In this document: in pieces, positions 29,316-39,819 of the stretch
How positions within the stretch are numbered: position 1 is the stretch's first letter
Layout: every line of letters begins with the position of its first letter
IMG/VR virus record: IMGVR_UViG_2534681837_000002
Span: 13,498 to 77,497 of that record
Direction: 5' to 3' (one strand)
Length of the DNA stretch: 64,000 nucleotides
Source of the DNA: a virus
Taxonomy: Duplodnaviria; Caudoviricetes
Position numbers and translations under genes: made by a program
The notes under the pieces: generated by a model
Told to the model about the DNA's origin: nothing
Databases searched by the model: none
The model's input: only the letters and a program-made list of their open reading frames with translations

Positions 29316-29740
29316 TTTTTTATTATTTATTGTACAACTACGGGGTAGGACTCTCACAATAACTATATGTTTCCCTAAGCGAACCAACCTAGCCATATAC
29401 ATACTGATTGTATTCAGAGGAAATCTTTGGAAGTGGCTACATCAACCTCTTTTGTATTACGATTCGTAATTTATTCATTTGTTCGATTTTTCATTACACT
29501 TTTCATTAATCAAATGACAATATTTCATGTTTAGATATTTGTTTCCTTCATCCATAATGCTACCAACAGCGACAAATATATCTGTTTCATGACCCAAGGC
29601 GTCATACTCTTGGAGAGTGTACTCTTTTACACATATATACTTATTCATGGTTCATTCTGTTTAATATCACCGGTATAACTCGAACTTACACAATGTTTTG
29701 TATTCTTATTCCCGAAGTTTTCCATTACTTTAAAAGTGAT

Positions 29741-30154
29741 TTATGCACACTCCAATAATTGCTCAGAAGTTATTTTTAATGTTTTACATATTGAATCAAA
29801 TGATTCACCACCTGAGTAATCAAGTCCAAAAATGTCTGTACTTCCAAAATAATCAATCACATCACTCAGGCGTTGAGCGAACGAACGCTCCAACCATTCT
29901 CCCCAACTTACTCCCAAATAATAACAAAAGGCATAGAGTTTCTTTTGCGCCCACCCAGAGATAAACATTTCTTTCAAATCATTTTCATTCATCCAGCCAT
30001 AAGAAAATCTATCTAGTTCGCATTCATTGCGGTAAATACATTGCCAACTTCTTTTCTTGGAAACATAGCGAACTACCAACCCCTTTTCAATAAGACTGGT
30101 AGCAAGATTTATATCTACCCCATGCCATGTCAATTGTCTTGAACTTTTTACCAT
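29741..30154 (-). CDS. Conserved phage hypothetical protein
   Basis: ORF; DINLATSLIEKGL...YFG..DIFG. Confidence 0.7.
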   Translation of the reverse strand: MVKSSRQLTWHGVDINLATSLIEKGLVVRYVSKKRSWQCIYRNECELDRFSYGWMNENDLKEMFISGWAQKKLYAFCYYLGVSWGEWLERSFAQRLSDVIDYFGSTDIFGLDYSGGESFDSICKTLKITSEQLLECA

Positions 30155-30181
30155 TATTATATTTTGATATTATTTTTCATT

Positions 30182-30643
30182 TTACCTATGGAAAATCTCA
30201 TCACTAAAAGCCAGTAATATCCCGGTTGGCAAATTGTCGAAGCATTCAAACTGATTAATGACTATCTGTTGTGATTGACGAATCGTTTCCAATAACCGTT
30301 CTCTACTTTCATAAAAAACTACTTGTATAGCATACTCATTCCAAGTAACACTACACAAAAATCTTTCACAAACGAACTCTGCAGCAAAAGGGCCTCCGAT
30401 ATTAAGTTGGATAAAGGGAGCACCATTAAAAAAGCGGATAAAGTCTCCATATTCAGCCAGACCATAATAGGTATGAACTAAGTTACCCGATGGAGTCATG
30501 TCAAACATCCGATTGCATCCCAGTTTGCCAAAAACGAATTGGTCAAACTCTGCTTTTTTCACTCTGTCTTTTACGGCAGTTACTCGTTTAGCTGTTGCTA
30601 ATTCATTCATATGCTTCTTTTTTAAGTATGATTTGTTTTCCAC
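30182..30643 (-). CDS. Hypothetical protein
   Basis: ORF in operon. Confidence 0.65.
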   Translation of the reverse strand: MENKSYLKKKHMNELATAKRVTAVKDRVKKAEFDQFVFGKLGCNRMFDMTPSGNLVHTYYGLAEYGDFIRFFNGAPFIQLNIGGPFAAEFVCERFLCSVTWNEYAIQVVFYESRERLLETIRQSQQIVINQFECFDNLPTGILLAFSDEIFHR

Positions 30644-30779
30644 GAGTAGTTTATATTGATTTGTTTCCGGTGTAGAACATCTACCCTTTTACAGTTCATT
30701 AACTTTCACGGTTTTACTATAGCTTGATGAATAATGAAGGGGCAGTGAACCCCTCCATTTTGTTGACTTGCTGATAAAA

Positions 30780-31712
30780 TTACTCTGGAAGGGCAATAAT
30801 ACCGTCCTGCAGTACACCGTTTTCTTTACCACTGGCATAATATTGGAACAGGAAATCTGCGAAAGCAGCGTTCTGGTTGAGGATATTGGGGATTTCTGCT
30901 CGATTTGGCTTAAGGATTTTCGTAGCTACGTTATACACATCCCATGCTGACAGTTGCCTTTTCTCTACTTGTTTCTTAATCAGGTCTTCTGTAAAGACGG
31001 TGATCTGCGCCTGGTTCAAAGGGTAACTTTTCACAAGTTTCGACAAACGTTTGTCTTTACTATCGTGAGCAACGCGAAAGGTAGTTAGCAAACCGATGAT
31101 ATTGAAAATGTCCTGTGCAGACAAGATCGTTTCTTTCAGTCGACTGATACGTTCACGGTCTTCGTTCATTTGAGTGTCAAACTGCTCTAACCATTCATCT
31201 ACTTTTCCGAAGAGTTCTTCAGTGCTGACTTTATCTTTGCCAAAATTGCACGCGCTTCGTTGTGCGGAAAGTACACATTGGTTGTGGCAGATTTTTACAC
31301 ACGGTCCAATGGCTACCTGTATACCGTCTTGGTGGAAGGCGATGGCGAGAGTGGTGGTCAGTTCGTCCGTTGCTCCGTCTTTGAGCTGCACAGTGGTGAA
31401 TACGCGGCGCAGAGCGTGTGCTTCGACAGCTTTTTCGCCGTGGATAGCTTCGTAATGGGGGTTGATGGTGACTCCGGGGAAGTTCTTCTGCTTGTTTTGT
31501 GCAGCGAAGATTTCTTCGATTTCATAGTCCATGTTGTGCTGTTTGCAGATATCCAGTATGCGGTGGATGAGTTGGAAGTGATAGATGCCCTGTATGGGGC
31601 GTCCGGCAGTGTCATTTTCCTGATAAGTACGTTGCAGGGTGTCGAGTGTCATCACTTCTACATTGTTTGTTACGAAATCAAAAGTTTTCGGATTAGTTTC
31701 TTGTACATTCAT
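30780..31712 (-). CDS. DUF932-like protein
   Basis: KICHNQC motif and C-terminal SAWDVYNVAT helix typical of DUF932/TIGR03299-like proteins. Confidence 0.65.
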   Translation of the reverse strand: MNVQETNPKTFDFVTNNVEVMTLDTLQRTYQENDTAGRPIQGIYHFQLIHRILDICKQHNMDYEIEEIFAAQNKQKNFPGVTINPHYEAIHGEKAVEAHALRRVFTTVQLKDGATDELTTTLAIAFHQDGIQVAIGPCVKICHNQCVLSAQRSACNFGKDKVSTEELFGKVDEWLEQFDTQMNEDRERISRLKETILSAQDIFNIIGLLTTFRVAHDSKDKRLSKLVKSYPLNQAQITVFTEDLIKKQVEKRQLSAWDVYNVATKILKPNRAEIPNILNQNAAFADFLFQYYASGKENGVLQDGIIALPE

Positions 31713-31831
31713 GATTCTAAGTATTACTGGTTGAATAATATGACATTTACATTTTCTCTAAAATAAAAAAGACAGTAGATATGTATCCACTGCCCTCAAG
31801 TTTACGCTTTGATGATTTATTGTGTGATGTT

Positions 31832-32626
31832 TTATGCTGGTACGTTTGCCGTATCAGTTTCTTTGGGTGTTAATAGTTCCTTGGCGAACCGGACGTTGTA
31901 TCTCTTCAGGTACGATTGCCAGCAACCATTAGAACTACACCAGCGAAAACCATTGTTGCTCATTTGTTTTCTTAACGCTTTGTCAGGAATCTCAGGAAAG
32001 AAGAGTTGAAGGCGATTTTTGCGGCTGTTCTCAACGAATCTGACTTCCCCTACATAATATTCTTTGTTTTCGGTAGTTTTCATCTTCTTGGCTTGTTCCA
32101 GTCGTTTTTTGGTGTCGCTGATTCGTCTGTTGTTATTGGTTAAAGTACAACTGGCAAATCCGATTCTACCCGTGAATGAAGGAGTCAGGACTTCATTGAT
32201 TTGTTTGTCTGAAAATCCCAATTCGGAGAGTTGTTGCCGAATTTGTTCGTTCGACAGTTTTTGGGACTTGACAATCTTATTGGCGGCTTTCATGTTATCC
32301 TGAAGTTTGACCAGTTCGTCCAGTCTCTCCTGCAAACGTTCCACGCAGTCATCATCGCCTAGATAAATGGCATTGTTTTTTTCGGCAGCTTCTGCTTTAC
32401 CTTCAAAATATTCAGCCGTATCTGCCAGTTTAACACTCTCATCCATATGACCACTAATCCGTTCACGATAGCGTCTGTCTGCCAAGCCATGAACCGGTTG
32501 ACCGGGAGGAATGACTCCCAACATTTTTGAAGCTTGTTGATAGGCAGCACTGGATTTTGCTGTCGCACCTGCGGCAAGAGCTTTGTATCTCTCGACTCTT
32601 GCTTCCTTCTTTTCTTTACTGTTCAT
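31832..32626 (-). CDS. DUF3560 domain protein
   Basis: IPPGQPVHG..DRRYRERI...A..AEYFEGKA; C-terminal RLQLFF..PD..R..GFRW..GCWQ. Confidence 0.85.
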   Translation of the reverse strand: MNSKEKKEARVERYKALAAGATAKSSAAYQQASKMLGVIPPGQPVHGLADRRYRERISGHMDESVKLADTAEYFEGKAEAAEKNNAIYLGDDDCVERLQERLDELVKLQDNMKAANKIVKSQKLSNEQIRQQLSELGFSDKQINEVLTPSFTGRIGFASCTLTNNNRRISDTKKRLEQAKKMKTTENKEYYVGEVRFVENSRKNRLQLFFPEIPDKALRKQMSNNGFRWCSSNGCWQSYLKRYNVRFAKELLTPKETDTANVPA

Positions 32627-32656
32627 TGTTGATTTGTTTTCTATATTTGTTTATAA

Positions 32657-33334
32657 TTAAGCACTTAATTCCAATGGACCTGTATATACATCGCCATTAC
32701 TGTAGTACAATCTGTTTTCATACTGATTATTACGCAATTCTTCTTTAACAGCCTCATCATCATCCGCCCAATATTCGTATTCTTCATGCCAAGACTTAAA
32801 GAAAGAGCGTAAACATTTATCCATCAACTCTGCGTAAGTAGTGCCATCGTTAGGTGAAGCGAGATATTTGAGTAAGGGGTCCAAAAGTAACATATCATAG
32901 ATATGTCCGGTAAAAGGGCACTCTACAGTTTTTTTAATTTTTGAAGACCGTTTATTATATCTGAAGTTTGGATAAACACCTTTCATTTTACTGAAATAAC
33001 ATGCCGGCTTCTCCAAATGAGGCAAAATATAATTCCTCAGAAAACGTTGAAGCAACTTACCGGATATGGTTGCAAGCTCTATATAACCTCCCTGCCATTC
33101 AAAGGCTTCGAAAGATGTCAGTTTAAAGCTAAAGGAATAACTACAATAATTAACCTCCCAATTACATCTTATGTGGAACAAGCTTTCGAATTCGTTCAAC
33201 GAGTTCCTATAGTCTGATGAATACCCGTCCATAACATCTCCCATAACGTTCCAACGTTCATTCTCCACGACTTTTTTGCTTGATTCTTCCGAAAGTTCAT
33301 CGAAAGAATACAGGGTAAGATTGATATGCTTCAT
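32657..33334 (-). CDS. Conserved phage protein (YSFDELSEE...EYEY motif)
   Basis: Motif recognition. Confidence 0.75.
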   Translation of the reverse strand: MKHINLTLYSFDELSEESSKKVVENERWNVMGDVMDGYSSDYRNSLNEFESLFHIRCNWEVNYCSYSFSFKLTSFEAFEWQGGYIELATISGKLLQRFLRNYILPHLEKPACYFSKMKGVYPNFRYNKRSSKIKKTVECPFTGHIYDMLLLDPLLKYLASPNDGTTYAELMDKCLRSFFKSWHEEYEYWADDDEAVKEELRNNQYENRLYYSNGDVYTGPLELSA

Positions 33335-33349
33335 ACTTATTTCTCGTTG

Positions 33350-33907
33350 CTAATGGTTAATGATTGATTTGAATAATTCAATGTTATGTCCCTCCGGCAT
33401 ATCAGGCATCCAATAAAACTCTACAAAATCGAGAATCTCTTCTAAAGATTCACCGGTCTTGTTCATCAAGATTTTGGTCGCCCTAATTTTCCAACGACAG
33501 TATTTCATTCTATGAGAAATACCCATATGGATAGCCCTTTCATACTTCTCAATAGTATCACAGATATTGATAAGGTCTTCGTAGTATAGTGCCTCTTCAT
33601 TTAAGATACTGCCACTTTCAACCGTATCAACTATAAGCTGATTCTTTTCAAGCCTAATCTTGTTAAGGGCACTACTACTGGCACAGTCATACTTATTGAA
33701 AACTGCAACATCACAAGGGGAAAAACTATTTTCTTCCAATAATCCTGAAACATCCTCGTCATCCGGATAGAAGCTGGTGGTTTGCTTATACTTAAAACGA
33801 AGATATTCTTTAATGGCAGTCAACAGTTGCCTCTTCATTTTATTATGCAGAGTCAATGCACTTTTAATCTGGTAGGGCATATCCCTTAATACTCGCTGTA
33901 TATCCAT
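33350..33907 (-). CDS. Hypothetical protein (185 aa)
   Basis: ORF in operon. Confidence 0.7.
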   Translation of the reverse strand: MDIQRVLRDMPYQIKSALTLHNKMKRQLLTAIKEYLRFKYKQTTSFYPDDEDVSGLLEENSFSPCDVAVFNKYDCASSSALNKIRLEKNQLIVDTVESGSILNEEALYYEDLINICDTIEKYERAIHMGISHRMKYCRWKIRATKILMNKTGESLEEILDFVEFYWMPDMPEGHNIELFKSIINH

Positions 33908-33920
33908 GACAATTCAAGCA

Positions 33921-34643
33921 TTAAATACAAGGTAGTCCTGTTTCATTCAGTGTTTGCACCAATTTCCGGCACATCTCATAAGATGCTTTGTTACGGGGAT
34001 CGACGCCTCTGTCACGTGATGCCATATAAAGCATACTGGCTTTGACGGCGCGGAAATAGTTCTGCTGGAGCGTAGGATGTATCCTGCAAATGGTAGCGGC
34101 AAACTTATCATACTCAAAGCATGAATTATTGAGGTAGGATTCCAGCATCTTTGCAGCTACTTCTTCCCGGTCTTCATAATCATTTCTCGTCTGGCAAGCA
34201 TTCAATAACGACTCAATATTTCCATATAAGTTTTTAACAGCCACGTTTTCGTTAAAGATATTGGCACAGAAGAGTATAGCATCCTCTTGGCTCGTAAAGG
34301 CACGAGTGTATTCGCTGAGACTATCCATATTAAAGGCATAGACTGAGAAGTAGCCATCAGTGCGAAGCATGAGGGTTACGTACCACATCTTTTTGTAGTC
34401 ATACAATCTGAAAAAGACCGGTTTATCCGTTAACAGTTCGCCGGACATCAACCCTATGTAAAATGCAGGTGTTGCCGTTATCAGGCATTTGTTCATAGTT
34501 GCCTTCCTTTGGGCAATGACCGTTGCTCTCGATATGTTAACATCTTCTATTTCTGAAGGCTGTCCGTACAGACGTTCTATACTGTATCCGCGAACTTCTA
34601 TTTCAGTTCCGTCTACTTCTATCTTATAAATTCTATCATTCAT
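33921..34643 (-). CDS. Hypothetical protein (HPTLQQNYFR motif)
   Basis: ORF in operon. Confidence 0.75.
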   Translation of the reverse strand: MNDRIYKIEVDGTEIEVRGYSIERLYGQPSEIEDVNISRATVIAQRKATMNKCLITATPAFYIGLMSGELLTDKPVFFRLYDYKKMWYVTLMLRTDGYFSVYAFNMDSLSEYTRAFTSQEDAILFCANIFNENVAVKNLYGNIESLLNACQTRNDYEDREEVAAKMLESYLNNSCFEYDKFAATICRIHPTLQQNYFRAVKASMLYMASRDRGVDPRNKASYEMCRKLVQTLNETGLPCI

Positions 34644-34675
34644 ACCACTGTTTTTTTTATTGATTATTTTTTTAT

Positions 34676-35197
34676 TTACGTTTCTTGAGGGTTATAGTCT
34701 ATGATATCTCGTGCTAAGCAATGCGGACACATTTTGTCGAACCAGTCCCATATGCTAAATCGGTCGGTTCCTTCTTCCCACAGCAAGAAGTTTTGGTCAA
34801 TATCCTCCTCTTTGTCAATAGGAACTTCGTCAAACAATTCCCACATCCTCCGGAGAATTTCTATGGAGCATGGACCTTCGATAATTGCCATTGCTATGTT
34901 CCATATCTCATTGATATCAATGTCCAGATATCTGGTGTAAAGCGTACAGGCAACTTGTTTATCTGTCTTTGTTGTGTATGACTCTACCCAGCGACAACCC
35001 TCCTGGCTGATGGCGATAAAGTGATGGGCTTCTTTTGTCTTCTGAACAATATAGCCTGTCCACAGCCTGTCTGAAGCGAGATTCGTAAATTCAGCCATCA
35101 CAACAGAGCGATGAACTTTCTGGAACATTTCAAGTCCCTCTCTAGGAGAGGAATGCCGTATTTTCCGGTCTGTAAGGAGATTCTTAGTTTTCATCAT
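34676..35197 (-). CDS. Hypothetical protein (GTDRFSIWDWFD motif)
   Basis: ORF; motif common in mobile-element proteins. Confidence 0.7.
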   Translation of the reverse strand: MMKTKNLLTDRKIRHSSPREGLEMFQKVHRSVVMAEFTNLASDRLWTGYIVQKTKEAHHFIAISQEGCRWVESYTTKTDKQVACTLYTRYLDIDINEIWNIAMAIIEGPCSIEILRRMWELFDEVPIDKEEDIDQNFLLWEEGTDRFSIWDWFDKMCPHCLARDIIDYNPQET

Positions 35198-35209
35198 CCT
35201 AAGATTATT

Positions 35210-35425
35210 TTAACTTACTAACTTTTCTATATACCGAATGGTATTGTCACTGAAGTGTCCTAAAGGTACCAAAGCACATACTGCGCCTTCCTTATCAATC
35301 ACCAGATCGGATATAAACAAGTTCTTTTCTTCATCATACACCATCGGTTCTCCTTTCTCATCCGTGAGCTTTACCGTACCGCTCTGGCGTTGCATGCTTT
35401 CTTTGATGCTTTCCAATTCTTCCAT
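35210..35425 (-). CDS. Small hypothetical protein
   Basis: Likely start MEELES at 35425. Confidence 0.55.
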   Translation of the reverse strand: MEELESIKESMQRQSGTVKLTDEKGEPMVYDEEKNLFISDLVIDKEGAVCALVPLGHFSDNTIRYIEKLVS

Positions 35426-35441
35426 TGTGCTTTTAAGTTTA

Positions 35442-35714
35442 TCAGTTTTCACCGGGATTATTACTGATAGTAGTGGGAAAGTCCGAATCTGAAAGCAGGC
35501 AATCATCGAATAGCTCAGGGAATTCCTCATGTTTTTCCAATATCATATCAAAATCTCCACGGTCTATTGCCGCTATTTCATCTTCCAAATCCGCAATATT
35601 TTCCAGATGGAAATTCTCTCCCGAAGGGCATCCTAAAGACCATAAACGTTCGTTTGACAACGATGATAGCAGCTCCTTGCGGTATGCCTGCCAATCAATT
35701 TGTTCTTTTTTCAT
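35442..35714 (-). CDS. Acidic hypothetical protein
   Basis: ORF in operon. Confidence 0.65.
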   Translation of the reverse strand: MKKEQIDWQAYRKELLSSLSNERLWSLGCPSGENFHLENIADLEDEIAAIDRGDFDMILEKHEEFPELFDDCLLSDSDFPTTISNNPGEN

Positions 35715-35715
35715 A

Positions 35716-36516
35716 TTAAATAGAATTAACTTGATGGGAATAATACGGTTTTACCATACTGTAATCAGATAAATCGAAGATACTCTGAGTGTCAGGGTAG
35801 GTCATCCTTTCTTCAAAAGTCGGAGCAAAAAGACGGACTTCACAAACATAATATACATCCTTCAGCTTCTCCATATTCTCATTCACGAAATAATCTACCA
35901 AACTTCTCATAGCCTGTCTCTTTTCATAGAAAACATTGTCGCAACCACCCAAAGATTGTTTGTCAGAAACACGGAAATAGCTGAGTGTTGCAATGTGCAT
36001 TTCAGCTTTCCCCGCCTGCCATGCAGTAAATAATTCGGGATTGTCCTTATCAAATTTTGGTATTGTCTGGGTTGCTATCCAGTTATCTACTACTTTACGA
36101 TCCTCTTCTTGTGAATCATTATGCAGACATAGGCAACGTTCTTCACCTTTATACTCCACCAGTGTGGGATACTTATTTACAGGACATATCCGAACAAGAA
36201 TCTCACCTTCTACTAAATCGTCCGTATCGACATGATGTTCTGGGTATTCGTCGACCAAGACTTCATGAGATAAGTAGTCTTCAAGTTCAGCATCCGTGTC
36301 GTTTAGTTTGTAACGACCAGACAGCTGCTCTACACTATTAACCTCCTCTGGCTCACCATCAATCCACGACAGGTGACCGACTTTTTTACATTCTGGACAC
36401 TTATCTGCCCCCCGCGGTAGAAGCATTTTCTTACCGCAATATGTGCAAAATACAAAGTCACCAGTTTCAGCATATATATTCACTGTTTCCAGTTTTATGT
36501 TATTTCTTTTAGTCAT
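35716..36516 (-). CDS. Hypothetical protein with N-terminal zinc ribbon (CTYC...CPEC)
   Basis: Long ORF; Cys motifs. Confidence 0.75.
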   Translation of the reverse strand: MTKRNNIKLETVNIYAETGDFVFCTYCGKKMLLPRGADKCPECKKVGHLSWIDGEPEEVNSVEQLSGRYKLNDTDAELEDYLSHEVLVDEYPEHHVDTDDLVEGEILVRICPVNKYPTLVEYKGEERCLCLHNDSQEEDRKVVDNWIATQTIPKFDKDNPELFTAWQAGKAEMHIATLSYFRVSDKQSLGGCDNVFYEKRQAMRSLVDYFVNENMEKLKDVYYVCEVRLFAPTFEERMTYPDTQSIFDLSDYSMVKPYYSHQVNSI

Positions 36517-36737
36517 GTAAGATTGTACTTTTGTGCGAAATAGTTATTTACATCCAAAATCTTTTTCTTATAATAAGGTTGGTTGTCCTTACACCAGTCG
36601 GTTAATTCTTGTTTGTTGGCAAAAGGTTTCTGTATGGCTCCGCCACTCATAATTAACTCTACCTGCCATGCAAGGTTTTCAATAAAGTCACCAACTGTCC
36701 AACCCTCGTAAATATGCTTGTTCAAGTTTATTTTCAT
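36513..36737 (-). CDS. Conserved small protein (IYEGWTV...WCKDNQPYYKK)
   Basis: Motif recognition; coupled overlap. Confidence 0.75.
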   Translation of the reverse strand: MKINLNKHIYEGWTVGDFIENLAWQVELIMSGGAIQKPFANKQELTDWCKDNQPYYKKKILDVNNYFAQKYNLT

Positions 36738-36819
36738 AACAATTCTTTTATTTAAAGTTTAATATATTACAGTCGTAGAGAACTAACTATTTTCAGAACT
36801 TTCCACAGTGTCACTGTTC

Positions 36820-37413
36820 TTATTCTTTAGATGGTGATTCTGATTCTGCGGAGTCCTCTTGACACCCGAGTTCAATACTATCACCTTCTTCAGTCACTTG
36901 ATAAAAGCGATCACCTTCACCCCATTTCATTGCCTCAATATAAAGTTCAAATGCTTTTTCGAGGGTCAGCCCGTCTGCCGGTATAGAAGCCAATGTTTCA
37001 CCTAAGCATACCTCACTGTGGGTATAGAAATCCTTGATATAGTTTAAATCTTTGGGATTATTTTCTTCATCAAACCATGAAATAAGAATTTTAGGATTAC
37101 GCTGGTTGCTTTGGGTTATAAGTTCTCCTATAATTTGCAAAAGCTTGCTTTTGTCAATCTCTGCTTGTCGAAGATATAATTCAAAATCTTGGGCATGTTC
37201 TCCTAAATCATCTTGACTGGAAAGGTGCTCTTGTAGTTTCTGAAGCTGTATGCGCTCAACTTCATATTCATCGACATAGATGTTGTCTTTGCTTAGTCTA
37301 ACGCCAAATAATTCGAAAATACACGCCAGTGCATCTTGTGTACCTAAACCAGATAGTTCCAAGGTGTAATAGTCTATCTGATTCACCTTAGCTGTACGCA
37401 ATACTTTACTCAT
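36820..37413 (-). CDS. Hypothetical protein (197 aa)
   Basis: Long ORF. Confidence 0.7.
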   Translation of the reverse strand: MSKVLRTAKVNQIDYYTLELSGLGTQDALACIFELFGVRLSKDNIYVDEYEVERIQLQKLQEHLSSQDDLGEHAQDFELYLRQAEIDKSKLLQIIGELITQSNQRNPKILISWFDEENNPKDLNYIKDFYTHSEVCLGETLASIPADGLTLEKAFELYIEAMKWGEGDRFYQVTEEGDSIELGCQEDSAESESPSKE

Positions 37414-37472
37414 TTCCTTTTTGTCTTTTCTGAAATACTTTTGTTGTTACATATTCTCTGATAGTGACACAA

Positions 37473-38122
37473 TTACTTTTGCACCTCCAATAATCGTAGT
37501 TCCTTTTGAATGGCAGCCCGGCACAAAAGAATCGTTTGTATACCCGTTACTTTAGAACTTTCAATCAAAAGTCCTTTCTGCACCAGGTCTTTGTACACCT
37601 CATTTACAAATTGTTTGGAAATGGAACCATATCCGGATAGATAGGGAGTACGAATTGTAGGCAAATGTATTTTTGGGGCTTCCAATTCAAGAATCTCGCT
37701 TTTGAGTTTGAATAAACTTCTTCGATTTGTTTTAAAAGCGACGAACAGGTCGTTTTCAACCGACTTTGTAGAAGTGCGATAATATTCCAGTTCTTCATCT
37801 GGAGTAAAGTCCTGCAATTCATTGTGCTTATCCAATAAATAAAACCGGAATGTCTTGCCACTGGAAAGAATCTGCTCCAGCAAAGGAAATGAGTCTCCTC
37901 CACGGGACCGGACAAACAAGTCGGATGACAATAAAGGCAGGTTTTACCCAGGACAACATCTGGACAACCATTTTCTCTTTCTTCATAACGAAACCCCTTT
38001 TCCGTGAACATTTCCTTCAGCTCCTTGTAAAAAGCATCGTACTGTTCCCGGGACATATGGCCGCCGTTATACCCAGCTTCTACATGAAACTGGGTATCTA
38101 TGATTTTTATGCTTCTTGTCAT
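37473..38122 (-). pseudogene. YCHP-motif gene split by a frameshift near 37890
   Basis: ...YCHPTCLSGPVEETH in one frame continues as PLLEQILSSGKTF in another; the fused sequence aligns with the intact paralog at 1-535. Confidence 0.7.
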
Positions 38123-38126
38123 ACTA

Positions 38127-38477
38127 TTAGTTTTCCAAATTTTCCATTCCTTTGCAATAGTTTTCCAATTCTTCGGAAAAACAAATCAGAGGATCTACCA
38201 TCAAATTGCTGAGGGGGACTGGTTCCGTTTTATCTTCCATAGTAATATCACTATAACTAATACTCTCAATACATCCGCTGGTTACTCCAGCGTCACCGAA
38301 GTATTCAACAGTAAGACTGATAGGGTTTTCCTCAGAACCAATTTTGCCTCCATGTTTCTCAACAAGGTACAGAATAAAATTTCTAGCTTCTTGACGGACA
38401 CTGTAGAAGCGTGCCTTCAAGTTAGTAAGTTCAGTGCTTTCTTGCTCTTCTTCAAAGTAAATATCTTGACCTTCCAT
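38127..38477 (-). CDS. Acidic hypothetical protein
   Basis: ORF in operon. Confidence 0.65.
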   Translation of the reverse strand: MEGQDIYFEEEQESTELTNLKARFYSVRQEARNFILYLVEKHGGKIGSEENPISLTVEYFGDAGVTSGCIESISYSDITMEDKTEPVPLSNLMVDPLICFSEELENYCKGMENLEN

Positions 38478-38592
38478 TTCGTTATATTATTTTCTTTTTT
38501 GTTGTTACGTAAAACAAATTTCCTTATACTATGGGGCGTTATCTTATTGACTATCATGGGGCATAGTCCACTTTCAGATAAAATGTTCTTCC

Positions 38593-38799
38593 TTATATAC
38601 TCCAAGAATTTTCTAAATTATCACTATAGGCAGCAACCAAACCATTCTCTGTATGAAAAACGATTTTATCATAGTATCGTGTAAATTCTCCTACATTACT
38701 ACGTTCGCACCATTCGAATAAGTTTTCACCTTCATGATTCTCACCACAGCATTGGTTTAGTATATATTCTTTGTCATTAAATTCAATCTGCTGTATCAT
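38593..38799 (-). CDS. Small hypothetical protein
   Basis: Coupled overlap with upstream gene. Confidence 0.6.
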   Translation of the reverse strand: MIQQIEFNDKEYILNQCCGENHEGENLFEWCERSNVGEFTRYYDKIVFHTENGLVAAYSDNLENSWSI

Positions 38800-39716
38800 A
38801 ACGAGTGTTGAATGTCTTTTTGCACGGCTTTTGTAGCTTTGATTGCCTCCAGCACATTGTCACGGATACTTTCAAGCCAAGATAAATTTTTGAACGCTAA
38901 ATCCGCATCATTGCTGTAGAGCGTAGTTGATACATTTTCAAATTGATCTTCTACATCAATGCTGATACCTTTATCAGTAAGTGACACTGCGGTAACAGGT
39001 GAATCATACCAAGATTTACCGCCAAACCATAGCACGTATGTTGGTTCTTCGATTATTCCATCAAGTAGAATCTTGGAAAGTTCATTTTCCTTAAGTATCG
39101 AAATGATATTGCAGATTATATCTTCACGAAGGTTATTTATACGCCCTGTAAAATTGGGAACAACTTTGTTTACAGTTGCTATTGAGATTTTATCCTCGTT
39201 GTTACGTTGCCAACTATCAATTAAAACAGCTTTAGGTTCACTGCAATCCTCTGAATAGAAAGCTGAGTCATAACTCATACCCCTGTGAATATCTATCCAT
39301 GTCTCGGCTTCTTCACGAGAAGGGAATAATGCACATTCGGAAATAGACAGTGTACGGGAAGGATGACAATTCGGTTGGCTGACCTTGAAAGTAACGCCCC
39401 ATAATTCGTTCATGGATTGTAGTTCAGGGAATACTTCTTCTTTATCCAGCAGATAAACTGTTTTATCGTAATCACTACTTTGAAATATATTTTGTAACCA
39501 CGTACACATTTCTACTTCTTCGTTGTCCGTAGAAGTATCAAATATGGCAGCAAAACCACCTCCAATTTGGGATATTATAATCAGATCACTATCAAAAATA
39601 TCTGAACACGTAATTCCGAGGAGTCCATTAGTTGACTTTTGTCGGACAACTATTTTTTCTTTCACTGGTAAGTCACATACTATTTTAGCAAGTTGATTGA
39701 TTGGTATTTCTTTCAT
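38796..39716 (-). CDS. Multidomain hypothetical protein (306 aa)
   Basis: Long ORF. Confidence 0.75.
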   Translation of the reverse strand: MKEIPINQLAKIVCDLPVKEKIVVRQKSTNGLLGITCSDIFDSDLIIISQIGGGFAAIFDTSTDNEEVEMCTWLQNIFQSSDYDKTVYLLDKEEVFPELQSMNELWGVTFKVSQPNCHPSRTLSISECALFPSREEAETWIDIHRGMSYDSAFYSEDCSEPKAVLIDSWQRNNEDKISIATVNKVVPNFTGRINNLREDIICNIISILKENELSKILLDGIIEEPTYVLWFGGKSWYDSPVTAVSLTDKGISIDVEDQFENVSTTLYSNDADLAFKNLSWLESIRDNVLEAIKATKAVQKDIQHSL

Positions 39717-39819
39717 TTTACCTATTTTTAAAAATACTGGGAAATATATTAATGAGATAACTCTCCTCTAAATTCTATTTAAACAACAATATGATAATAA
39801 GAAGATGTGACTACCAAAT

